32,000 nt of DNA from Hydrogenophaga intermedia (lineage in GTDB: Bacteria > Pseudomonadota > Gammaproteobacteria > Burkholderiales > Burkholderiaceae_C). Below are positions 1 to 7,677 of the stretch, piece by piece. The translations under genes and the position numbers were made by a program. The notes under the pieces are model-generated. The model saw only the letters and a list, made by a program, of their open reading frames with translations, had not been told where the DNA came from and did not search any database. The stretch is from contig CALRPU020000010.1 in the NCBI GenBank assembly GCA_943370175.1, forward strand, positions 61,984 to 93,983. Direction: 5' to 3'. Numbering within the stretch: position 1 is the first letter of the stretch; the number at the start of each line of letters is the position of its first letter.

Positions 1-570
1 CAGCAGCAGGTTGCCGCCGCCCACGCCCTTGACCAGCGGCGTGGTTTCCTGGGCCACGAACTCGCCGTCCATCACCGGCACGCGCCAGTAGCGCACGCCC
101 TGGATCACCTTGGACGATTGCCAGCCGTCGCCGAAGAAGCGCAGGTTCTTGCCCAGCGCCATCGGTTCGCCAGCGGACAGTGGCAGTCCGGCGTACACCG
201 CGGTGGTGGGGCAGGTCAGCACGCACTGGCCGACGCGGCGTTCGATCTGCTTGGCCAGCTCCTTGCTGGACACCGCGAAGAACAACAGCGCCACGCCCGG
301 GCGACCGTCGGGTGTTTCGTCCGGGGCCAGCACGCGTTCGATGCCGGCCTCGCAGCCGCAGGCGATCACCGAGGTGGCAAAGCCGGTGGCCGCCACGCCG
401 GCGTGCATCGCCCAGGTGGGGTGATGGGCGGTGACGATCAAGCGCGTTGCACGCATCGGGAAGGCTTCGGCGAAGGTCGCGTCAATCGCGACGCCGTTGA
501 GCACGCAGGGTGCCGCCGGCGTGGGCGTGTCAGCGTTCGCCGCCGCGCGGGCGCTCACGGTGTCGGCCAT
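1..570 (-). CDS. fhcD: Formylmethanofuran--H4MPT N-formyltransferase (Fhc complex subunit D), N-terminal 190 codons; the 3' end lies beyond the window start
   Basis: My own minus-strand translation from the ATG at 570-568 gives MADTVSARAAANADTPTPAAPCVLNGVAIDATFAEAFPMRATRLIVTAHHPTWAMHAGVAATGFATSVIACGCEAGIERVL... This has Ftr/FhcD-type N-terminal motifs (IDxTFAEAF, GFATSVIxCxCEAGIE). The start forms an ATGA overlap with the fhcA stop, and the frame stays open to position 1. It is absent from the ORF track because it is truncated. Confidence 0.85.
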   Translation of the reverse strand, partial: MADTVSARAAANADTPTPAAPCVLNGVAIDATFAEAFPMRATRLIVTAHHPTWAMHAGVAATGFATSVIACGCEAGIERVLAPDETPDGRPGVALLFFAVSSKELAKQIERRVGQCVLTCPTTAVYAGLPLSAGEPMALGKNLRFFGDGWQSSKVIQGVRYWRVPVMDGEFVAQETTPLVKGVGGGNLLL

Positions 571-2252
571 CAGGCGGCCCTCGGAAAGCACTCGGCGGGC
601 AGCAGGCGCCCGCCATTGCAGCAGCGGCACAGCTCGTCGTGGCCGATGACCTGGTAGCGGGGCGCGTCGCGCAGGTGGCGCTCGGCGAAGCGGCGCACGG
701 TGGCGGCGATGCCGGCGTCGACCTGCGGCGTGGCGAAGTGGGTGCCGCCGGTGGGCACGGCCACCACGCGGCCCTCGCGCACCACCACCTGGCCGTCCTT
801 GAGCACCCAGGCCGGAGTGCTGAACATGGTCTCGGCGTCGCCGCCTTCCCGGTAGACCGCGATGTCGGCGCCGGCGCCGTCGCCCAGGTGGCCGCGGTCG
901 CTCAGGCCGAGCAGCCGCGCCGGGGCGCTGCGGGTGAGGATGGCGATTTCGTACAGCGTCAGCTCGCGGCGGATGTCTTTCAGCGCCGACTGCGCGGCCA
1001 CGTCCGGGTGCAGCCGGGCGAGCTGTTCGTCGCGGAAGGTCTTGTCCATCAGCAGGCGGATCAGGTGCGGGTAGCTGGTGAAGGGCGCGCCATTCGGGTG
1101 GTCGGTGGTCAGCACGATGCGCCAGGGGTCCTCGACCAGCAGGAACAGCTCCAGCCCGATGGCCCATTGCAGCGCGTTGACGTAACTGGTCTCGCGGTAC
1201 TTGAAGGGCACCACGCCGCAGCCGGCATCGCATTCGATGTCGCCGCCCAACCATTTGCGCGGGCTGCCCAGGTCGGCGTTGGCGTGCTGGCGCATGGTGT
1301 CGCCGCTGGCCGTGACCGTCTGGTTGAACAGGATTTGCCCGACGTCGATGGACACGTTGGGCGTGGCGTTGACCTTCTCTGCCAGCCGCAGCGCGGCCGA
1401 CGAGAACTTCTTGGGCCCGTCCTGGCCATAGGAGTGAAACTGCACGTGGGTCAAATGACCGCGAAAGCCGTCCAGCGCGTCGATGGTGGCGATCGTGGAG
1501 TCGATGTTGCCGGGCACGCCCAGGTTGCTGCTGTGGATGTGCAGCGGGTGGGCCAGGCCCAGCTCGTGGATGGCGCGCGCCAGCGAGCCCAGGATCTGCC
1601 GCGGCGTGAGTTCCCAGTGGCGGTGGGGCTCGTCCACGTCCAGCTTTCGCTGGTTGAACTTGAAGGCCGAGATGCCACCCGGGTTCACCACCTTCACGCC
1701 CATCGCCTTGGTGGCGTGTACCACGTGGCCGACGTAGTCGCGCATCAGCTCAGGCGGCGCGCCGCTGTGCAGCAGCCTCAGGAACAGCTCGTCGTTGCCC
1801 AGCATGACGTAAGCGCCGTGGTCCAGGATCGGCACGTCGCCCATTTCCAGGTGCGTGTGGCGGGCGTTGACCGCGGCCATCGCGGGCTCGAAAGCGGCGG
1901 TGTAGCCCATCTCCGCGTAGCGGTAGCCGGTGGCCAGCGTGCCGGGCACGCAGTCGCCGCAGCTGGGCAACTCCAGCGCGTTGCCGCTGAGTGGAAAGGG
2001 GTCGAGCCCGCGCCGGTGGTCTTCGGGCAGCAGCAGCCGCGCGAGGTTCATCTTGCCGCCGCCGATGTGGCTGTGCATGTCGATGCCGCCGGCCATGACG
2101 ATGCAGCCGCGGGCGTCGATGTCCTGGTCCACCGGGGCCAAAGGGTCCAGCGCCACGATGCGCCCGTCGCGCACGGTGACGTCGCGCGTGTCGCCGTTGA
2201 CGCCGTGCACCGGGTCGATGACGCGGCCGCCGCGCAGTCGCAAGGTGCTCAT
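570..2252 (-). CDS. fhcA: Formylmethanofuran dehydrogenase subunit A homolog (formyltransferase/hydrolase complex subunit A), amidohydrolase fold
   Basis: The 560-aa ORF MSTLRLRGGRVIDPVHGVNGD...GGIDMHSHIGGGKMN... has the FwdA/FhcA amidohydrolase signature. It sits between fhcB and fhcD with 4-nt overlaps at both ends. Confidence 0.95.
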   Translation of the reverse strand: MSTLRLRGGRVIDPVHGVNGDTRDVTVRDGRIVALDPLAPVDQDIDARGCIVMAGGIDMHSHIGGGKMNLARLLLPEDHRRGLDPFPLSGNALELPSCGDCVPGTLATGYRYAEMGYTAAFEPAMAAVNARHTHLEMGDVPILDHGAYVMLGNDELFLRLLHSGAPPELMRDYVGHVVHATKAMGVKVVNPGGISAFKFNQRKLDVDEPHRHWELTPRQILGSLARAIHELGLAHPLHIHSSNLGVPGNIDSTIATIDALDGFRGHLTHVQFHSYGQDGPKKFSSAALRLAEKVNATPNVSIDVGQILFNQTVTASGDTMRQHANADLGSPRKWLGGDIECDAGCGVVPFKYRETSYVNALQWAIGLELFLLVEDPWRIVLTTDHPNGAPFTSYPHLIRLLMDKTFRDEQLARLHPDVAAQSALKDIRRELTLYEIAILTRSAPARLLGLSDRGHLGDGAGADIAVYREGGDAETMFSTPAWVLKDGQVVVREGRVVAVPTGGTHFATPQVDAGIAATVRRFAERHLRDAPRYQVIGHDELCRCCNGGRLLPAECFPRAA

Positions 2253-3571
2253 GGCGCGACCTCGCTCAAGGCCGCGGCCGTTGGGGGCGCGCTCAAGGGC
2301 GGCATCGCGCTCAACAACCGTTGCAGCACCGTGGCCACGCCCGGCAAACCGTCATCGCGAACGGCCACCAGGGGCAGCACGATGGAGCCATCGGTGCGGA
2401 ACAGGTGGCCCGCGGCGTTCCAGCCGGGGGTGGCCACCGGGATGAACACGGTGGGCGGCGCGCCGCTTGCCGCCGCCAGCCGCGGGCCCATGCCCGGTGG
2501 CCCGAGCACGATGCGTGGCAACGCGGTCGGTGGCGGCAGGCGCTCGGCGTCGAAGCTGGCGATCCACAACAGGCCGTCGACCGCGCCTTGGCCGATCAGG
2601 CGCTCGGTGGCCATCGCGTGGGGCTCGTGCTGCAGGCCCTGGCGGCTGACCCGCGTGCGCAGCGGCAGGCCCGACAACCAGGTCAAGGTCTGGTTGACGC
2701 TGTACGCGCCGTCGCTGCCGCCCAGCGACATCACCGCCGCGCGCGTGCGGCGGTTGAGCGTGCCCACCACGCGGTTGAGCATTTCAATGGACAAGGCCGC
2801 TGGCGCGCGGAGCGCCGAGGCCTCGTAGACGAAGACGGCATACCGCGCGGCGCGCAGTTGCCGAGCCAGCTCGGCCAGCGCGGGGTCGGCGCCGGGCACA
2901 CGGCGCTCGTCGACCAGGGCCGACAGCTGTTGCAGGTCGCCCGCCAGGTCCACGCGCGCCGGCATGGCCTGCACCGACGTCACACCGCTCAGACCCGACG
3001 GCGCCTCGGTGCCGAGGAAGACCACCGCGGCGCAGGGGCTGGCGGTCTCCCCCAGGCCGGCGCGGCGGAAAAACTCGGGGTAGCGATCAATGCCGTTGCT
3101 GCCCACCATCACCAGCAGGTCGCAGCGGCTGCGCAGTTCGCCCAGCGTGGTCGTGAATTGGCCGCGGTCCTGCAGGGCGCGCACGCCCTGCATCAGCGGC
3201 TCGCCGTCGGCGTGGTCGCAGATGGCGTCGCAGCGGGCGGCCAGCGGGAACAAAGCGCGGGCCCCGGCGATGTCCGTGCCCAGGCCGGCGAACAGCGGCT
3301 GGCGCCAGAGCGACAGCCGGGCGGCGGCGTTGGCGATGGCCTCGTCCAGGTCGGTGGGTCGGCCGTCCACGGTGGGCTCAGCCGGGCCGCCACCGAGCGC
3401 GGCCAGGCGGTGGCGTGCCTTGACGCAGGGGCCGCCCCGCTCGCCCAAGCCGCCCACGTCGGGCCGCAGGTCATCGCACAGCAGGCTGCAAAACGGGCAG
3501 GTCCAGCCGCTGTCGTCGGGCGGCGGCCCGGCGGCGGTCAACCCAGGGTCGGCGGAAACAGTGAAAGTCAT
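2249..3571 (-). CDS. fhcB: Formylmethanofuran dehydrogenase subunit B homolog (Fhc complex subunit B)
   Basis: The N-terminus MTFTVSADPGLTAAGPPPDDSGWTCPFCSLLCDDL carries the FwdB/FhcB Cys cluster, and the stop forms an ATGA overlap with fhcA. I chose the ATG at 3571, 207 nt inside the track ORF 2249..3778. The upstream extension is Arg/Pro-rich and looks non-coding. The start is uncertain because no SD precedes it. Confidence 0.88.
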   Translation of the reverse strand: MTFTVSADPGLTAAGPPPDDSGWTCPFCSLLCDDLRPDVGGLGERGGPCVKARHRLAALGGGPAEPTVDGRPTDLDEAIANAAARLSLWRQPLFAGLGTDIAGARALFPLAARCDAICDHADGEPLMQGVRALQDRGQFTTTLGELRSRCDLLVMVGSNGIDRYPEFFRRAGLGETASPCAAVVFLGTEAPSGLSGVTSVQAMPARVDLAGDLQQLSALVDERRVPGADPALAELARQLRAARYAVFVYEASALRAPAALSIEMLNRVVGTLNRRTRAAVMSLGGSDGAYSVNQTLTWLSGLPLRTRVSRQGLQHEPHAMATERLIGQGAVDGLLWIASFDAERLPPPTALPRIVLGPPGMGPRLAAASGAPPTVFIPVATPGWNAAGHLFRTDGSIVLPLVAVRDDGLPGVATVLQRLLSAMPPLSAPPTAAALSEVAP

Positions 3572-3585
3572 CGTCACGGCGGAAG

Positions 3586-3600
3586 GCAAGGCATGTGCCA
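3586..3600 (-). promoter_or_regulatory. Candidate sigma-54 (-24/-12) promoter for fhcB-fhcA-fhcD
   Basis: The reverse complement reads TGGCAC-ATGCC-TTGC, an exact match to TGGCAC-N5-TTGC. It is the only exact match I found by eye on either strand. It lies in the 483-bp non-coding gap upstream of fhcB, and a sigma-54 activator is encoded in the window. Confidence 0.55.
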
Positions 3601-3729
3601 CGAAGGCGGCACCGGCCGAGGCGACGCGCCCCGGGTGTCGCTGCATTCTGGACCGCGGCGGGCGACCGCAGGGCCATCGCTGGCGCGACCGCGGGTTTCC
3701 CTGGGGCCGCTCGCCGCCTGTGCCGTCCT

Positions 3730-3746
3730 TGCCACACTGTGCGGCA
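3730..3746. promoter_or_regulatory. 17-bp near-palindrome TGCCACAC-T-GTGCGGCA, candidate activator binding site (UAS 1)
   Basis: 7 of 8 arm positions pair. It lies about 130 bp upstream of the -24 element at 3600 and is enclosed by a perfect 8-bp inverted repeat, GCCGTCCT (3722-3729) / AGGACGGC (3759-3766). Confidence 0.4.
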
Positions 3747-3770
3747 CAGGGCTTGCCAGGACGGCCGTCG

Positions 3771-3787
3771 TGCAACACTGTGTGGCG
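3771..3787. promoter_or_regulatory. Second copy of the 17-bp motif, TGCAACAC-T-GTGTGGCG (UAS 2)
   Basis: 14/17 positions are identical to the site at 3730-3746, and the two share the core ACACTGTG. Centres are 41 bp apart, about four helical turns. Confidence 0.4.
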
Positions 3788-4054
3788 CTGGGCCGCGCGG
3801 CCAATTGACGGTGACGACCCGCCTCACCGTGTCAACCTGTGGTGACACCCGGCCGCCGGCCGCGGGGCGCGGCGGTGGCACGGAACGTGATGGAGTCCAG
3901 GCAGACAGGGGACGTGGAATGAACCAACGTGGCGGACGGCAAGCGAGCAATGAGGCGGGTTGACGGCGTGGCCATGGCGGGACTGCGGGCGCGGCTCGGG
4001 CCGGTCTGCCGCGGTGGTGGCGGTGGCGCGGTCGTGGTCGCGTGGTCGGCTGGC

Positions 4055-4813
4055 TCAACCCGGGTCGTCGAGCCGGCCGTCGTGCAAAGCGCTGGCCACC
4101 AGCCAGGCATGGGCGCCCGCCGCGGCGGCCTGGCGCAGGTCGCTGGGCTGGCGGACGCCGCCGGCGCCGATCAGGCGGCGGCCGGGGGCGCGGTCGCGCA
4201 CCGTGCCGAAGGTGTCCAGGTCGGGGCCGCTGTCCGCGCCGACGCGGTCCAGCGTCATCACGATCAGCGTGGCCGGCCAGAGGTCGGCCCGCGCCCAGCA
4301 GCCGGCGGGGTCGAGCGCGCGCTGCTGACGGCAGTCCAGCGACAGGACCGCCTCAGGCTGGTTGCCAAGCGCGGCGAGGTCGCCGATGCGCTGGATCGAT
4401 TCGCTGCCATGGACCGGGCGCAGCGCCACGCCATCGGCCGGTTGGATGCCCTGCGCCGCCGCTGTCGCTGCCGCCGCGTTGGCAAAGCCGCCGTCCAGCC
4501 ACAAGCTCAGGCCTGGCCAGTCCGCGGCCAGGGCCTGGGTCAGTGCGTGCAGCAACCCATGCTGCACCCCGCGGCCCAGGATGCCGTCCAGGTCGGCGAC
4601 GTACAGCACCGGTTGCAGTTGCTGGCAGGCCGGGTGTGCCAGCAGCGCCCGGGCCAGCGTGATGGGGTCGTGGCCCGGGGCGAGCATGGACCGCATCGGC
4701 CGATAGTGGCCGCGTTCGCCCCGCACGGCGCGCACCACCTGACCGGCCTGCAGGTCAAGCACGGGGATGACTGGCGTGGGCCGGGCTGAGGACGTCAAGG
4801 GCATGAAAAGCAT
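4055..4813 (-). CDS. HisA/HisF-family (beta/alpha)8-barrel protein of the type found in H4MPT/methanofuran gene islands
   Basis: TPVIPVLDLQAGQVVRAV...VADLDGI...SLDCR...IGAGGVRQPSDL is the HisA/HisF-like phosphate-binding barrel pattern. An alternative start is the ATG at 4804 (MPLTSS...). Confidence 0.72.
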   Translation of the reverse strand: MLFMPLTSSARPTPVIPVLDLQAGQVVRAVRGERGHYRPMRSMLAPGHDPITLARALLAHPACQQLQPVLYVADLDGILGRGVQHGLLHALTQALAADWPGLSLWLDGGFANAAAATAAAQGIQPADGVALRPVHGSESIQRIGDLAALGNQPEAVLSLDCRQQRALDPAGCWARADLWPATLIVMTLDRVGADSGPDLDTFGTVRDRAPGRRLIGAGGVRQPSDLRQAAAAGAHAWLVASALHDGRLDDPG

Positions 4814-5792
4814 TCTCGTCTACGAGCACCTCAGCGGCGGCGGCCCGATGGCCAGTGAGGCCGAGGCGGCGGAGCTGCTGCCTCAGGGCGTGGCCATGCG
4901 CGACGCCGTGGTGGCCGACCTGATCGACGTGCCTGGGTTGCGGGTGGAATGCGCGGTCTGCGCGCGTGCCGGCTCGGGCGCGCCGCGCGGCGCGCGCCCG
5001 GTGGTCGCCGAGCCCGGCGAGCCGCCCGCGGTGTTCCTGCGCCGGCAGGCGCGGGGCATCGACCTGGTGTGGGCCATCGCGCCCGAGGGCGATGGCGTGC
5101 TGGCCGACTTGCAGCGCGCCGTTGGCGACGAACGTTGGGTGGGGTGCAACCTGGCTTCGATCACGACGGCGTCGAGCAAAGCCGCCACGCTGAAGGCGTT
5201 GCAGGCCCGCCGCGTCCCCACGCCGCTGGACCACGCGGCGCGCGCGCGGCGCTGGGTGGTCAAACCCGATGACGGTGCGGGCGCCATCGACACCCGGGTC
5301 TTCCCGTCACACGCCGATGCGCGCGCCTGGGCCGAGGCGCGCGGCGCCGCTGGCCAGCGCATGGTGGTCGAGCCCTGGGTGGACGGCGAGGCGCTGTCGG
5401 TGTCGCTGATGGTCGGGCCGGGCTGGGTGCAGGCCCTGGCCTTCAATCGCCAGCGGCTGGAGGAAGGGCCCGATGGCCTGCTGCATTTTGCTGGCGTCGA
5501 CGTGGCCGCCATGGACCCGCAAACCGACCCGCGCGCCCTGCGCCTGCACCTGCTGGCGCTGGACGTGGTGCGGGCGGTGCCTGGCCTGTGCGGCTTTGTC
5601 GGCGTGGACGTGGTGTGGCACGCCGAGGATGGCCCGGTGGCCATCGAGCTGAACCCGCGCCTCACGTCGGCCTATGTGGGCCTGTCGCGCACGCTCGGCC
5701 GCAACCTGGCCGCCGAGGCGCTTCGCGCGCACGACTTGGCGCGCGCGGCTTCCCGGACCGACGGCAACGGCGAGGTCGCCCATGCCCGCTGA
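4803..5792 (+). CDS. ATP-grasp ligase, MfnD-like (tyramine--L-glutamate ligase family; methanofuran biosynthesis)
   Basis: The start MKSILVYEHLSGGG is typical of this ATP-grasp clade, and the C-terminal GFVGVDVV...PVAIELNPRLT is an ATP-grasp motif. The ATG at 4803 lies inside the track ORF 4767..5792. Confidence 0.62.
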   Translation: MKSILVYEHLSGGGPMASEAEAAELLPQGVAMRDAVVADLIDVPGLRVECAVCARAGSGAPRGARPVVAEPGEPPAVFLRRQARGIDLVWAIAPEGDGVLADLQRAVGDERWVGCNLASITTASSKAATLKALQARRVPTPLDHAARARRWVVKPDDGAGAIDTRVFPSHADARAWAEARGAAGQRMVVEPWVDGEALSVSLMVGPGWVQALAFNRQRLEEGPDGLLHFAGVDVAAMDPQTDPRALRLHLLALDVVRAVPGLCGFVGVDVVWHAEDGPVAIELNPRLTSAYVGLSRTLGRNLAAEALRAHDLARAASRTDGNGEVAHAR

Positions 5793-6951
5793 CGAGCCCC
5801 CTGACCTCACCTGGGGCTGGGACCTGGGCGGCGCCCACCTGAAGGCCTGCCGGTTGGAGCGGGGGGTCGTGGTGGACGTGGCGCAATGGGCATGCCCCCT
5901 GTGGCAGGGGCTGCAGCACCTGGACGCGGCACTGGCCCAGGCGCGCGCACGCTGGCCCGACTTGAACGGGGCGCCCGGGCGGCGCGCGCGGCAGGCGGCC
6001 ACGATGACGGGCGAGATGGTCGACCTGTTCCGCGACCGCGAGGACGGTGTGCTGCGCCTGGCCGCCCACCTCGACCAGGCCCTTGGCGGCGGCTTGCATT
6101 GGTTTGCCGGTCGCGGGCTCGGGTCGGCCGTCGGTCTGGCGTTGCCCTGGCAAGCCGCGTCGCGCTGGGTGGGGCCTGCGGCGGTGCCCGCGCACTGGGA
6201 GGCCATCGCCTCGGCCAACTGGCGCGCCACCGCCGAGTGGCTGGCGCTGGCCCTGGACCGCCGGGCGGCGGCCCCGGCGGGCGCCGTGCTGGTGGACATC
6301 GGCAGCACCACCAGCGACCTCATTGCGCTGCGCGGTGGCCGCCCGCTGGGCCGGGGGCAAACCGATGCCCAGCGCCTGGCCAGTGGCGAGCTGGTCTACC
6401 AGGGGGTGGTGCGCACGCCGCTGTGTGCGCTGACGCAGCGCGTGGTATTTCAGGGTCAGGCCACGGGCGTGATGAACGAATGGTTTGCCACCACCGCCGA
6501 CGTGCACCGCTTGCTCGGCACGCTCAACCCCGCCCACGACCAACAGCCCACCGCCGACAACGCGGGCAAGGACCTGCCCGCCACGCGCCAGCGGCTGGCC
6601 CGGATGATCGGCCGCGACGCGCGCGACGGCCACGACGGCGACTGGCTGGCCTTGGCTGCCCAATGGCGCGACGCCCAGCGGTCGGCCCTGCAAGATGCCG
6701 TGACCCGCGTGGTGGCCGATGCGGGCCTGACGGGCGCGCCCACGCTGGTCAGCGCGGGCTGCGGCGAAGTCTTGGTGCCGGCGTTGGCGCAGGCCCTGGG
6801 TTGGCCGGTTCTACGTTTCGCCGACCAGGTGCCCTGGGCGACCAAGGCGTCGGACGCGCTGATGGGCTGGGTTCAGGTGGCGGCGCCGGCGGTGGCCGTG
6901 GCGCTGCTCGCGGGCGGACCGCATCAGGACGAGGATTCAATGAACGATTGA
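5782..6951 (+). CDS. Hydantoinase/oxoprolinase-like H4MPT-linked C1-transfer pathway protein (MfnF-like)
   Basis: WGWDLGGAHLKA...TMTGEMVDLF...VDIGSTTSDLI matches the ASKHA/hydantoinase-A-like pattern of the family found in these islands. The ATG at 5782 overlaps the previous gene by 11 nt. Confidence 0.62.
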   Translation: MPADEPPDLTWGWDLGGAHLKACRLERGVVVDVAQWACPLWQGLQHLDAALAQARARWPDLNGAPGRRARQAATMTGEMVDLFRDREDGVLRLAAHLDQALGGGLHWFAGRGLGSAVGLALPWQAASRWVGPAAVPAHWEAIASANWRATAEWLALALDRRAAAPAGAVLVDIGSTTSDLIALRGGRPLGRGQTDAQRLASGELVYQGVVRTPLCALTQRVVFQGQATGVMNEWFATTADVHRLLGTLNPAHDQQPTADNAGKDLPATRQRLARMIGRDARDGHDGDWLALAAQWRDAQRSALQDAVTRVVADAGLTGAPTLVSAGCGEVLVPALAQALGWPVLRFADQVPWATKASDALMGWVQVAAPAVAVALLAGGPHQDEDSMND

Positions 6952-7014
6952 GCGCGACGGTGGCCGGCGTTCGACGCCCGGGCCGCGACAGCCGCGCCGA
7001 CCAGGAGACAGCAC

Positions 7015-7662
7015 ATGTGGGTGGTCAAGATCGGAGGCAGCCTGTCGCGCGACCCGCGCCTGCCGCAGTGCCTGGGCATGCTGGCCACGCTCGGCGGCGG
7101 GCGGGTGACGGTGGTGCCGGGCGGTGGTGCCTTCGCCGACGAAGCGCGGCAGGCGCAGGCCCATTGGGGCATCGACGACGTGACCGCGCACAACATGGCG
7201 GTGCTCGCCATGGCCCAGGTCGCTCAGCTGCTGCACGCCATCGAGCCGCGGCTGGTGCTGGTGGGCGACGACGCCGGCATCCGCGAGGCGATGCACGCGG
7301 GCCGCCCCTCGCTGTGGATGCCGCTGAGCTTGTTGCGCGAGCAGTCCGACGAGCTGACCAGCTGGGACGTCACCAGCGACAGCCTGGCCTTGTGGCTGGC
7401 CCGAAGGCTGCACGCCGAGCGGCTGGTGGTGCTGAAGACCTGCCCCGTCGACCCGGCACTCGGGCTGGCCGAGCTGTCGGCGCGTGGCGTGATCGACCGC
7501 CGCTTTCCGCAGTGGGCGCACGACGCCGGCTTTCCCATCGAGGTGCTGGCCTGCGACGACCTGGACCGGGTTCAGCGCGGGCTGATGGGTCAGCACCGCC
7601 AGCCGCGCTGGGCCGAGCGCGCGCGGGACACGACGGCGCGCAGCAAATTGGCGGCGCGCTGA
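7015..7662 (+). CDS. Amino-acid-kinase-fold (aspartate/glutamate/uridylate kinase family) protein, MfnE-like
   Basis: MWVVKIGGSL...VVPGGGAFAD...TSDSLA is the amino acid kinase fold signature. An AGGAGA RBS lies 8 nt upstream of the ATG. Confidence 0.72.
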   Translation: MWVVKIGGSLSRDPRLPQCLGMLATLGGGRVTVVPGGGAFADEARQAQAHWGIDDVTAHNMAVLAMAQVAQLLHAIEPRLVLVGDDAGIREAMHAGRPSLWMPLSLLREQSDELTSWDVTSDSLALWLARRLHAERLVVLKTCPVDPALGLAELSARGVIDRRFPQWAHDAGFPIEVLACDDLDRVQRGLMGQHRQPRWAERARDTTARSKLAAR

Positions 7663-7677
7663 TCGCCGCCGGGCGGC

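Noticed and set aside
510-2828. 772-aa ORF on the plus strand, antisense to fhcA/fhcB
   Set aside because: It is a shadow ORF. The product is Ala/Gly/Arg/His-rich with no recognisable domain. It lies opposite two genes with unambiguous homology, and in GC3-rich genes the antisense frame rarely contains stop codons.
3876-3890. TGGCAC-GGAAC-GTGA on the plus strand in the same gap
   Set aside because: The -24 half is good but the -12 GC is missing. It points toward the 3' end of a minus-strand gene, with nothing to transcribe.
3919-3963. Possible 14-aa peptide MNQRGGRQASNEAG with a GGGGA upstream, in the fhcB-upstream gap
   Set aside because: It is too short and lacks supporting features such as conservation, a hydrophobic or Cys pattern, or a cognate promoter. 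It cannot be distinguished from chance.
3471-4058. 195-aa minus-strand ORF, plus other ORFs (3595..3963, 3832..4110) filling the fhcB-upstream gap
   Set aside because: The products are extremely Arg/Pro-rich, with no RBS and no domain signature. I treat 3572-4054 as non-coding regulatory DNA.
7663-7677. Short GC hairpin (GCCGC-cgg-GCGGC) between the convergent kinase-like and SoxYZ-like genes, considered as a bidirectional terminator
   Set aside because: The stem is only 5 bp, the loop is 3 nt and there is no U/A tract. It is too weak to call.
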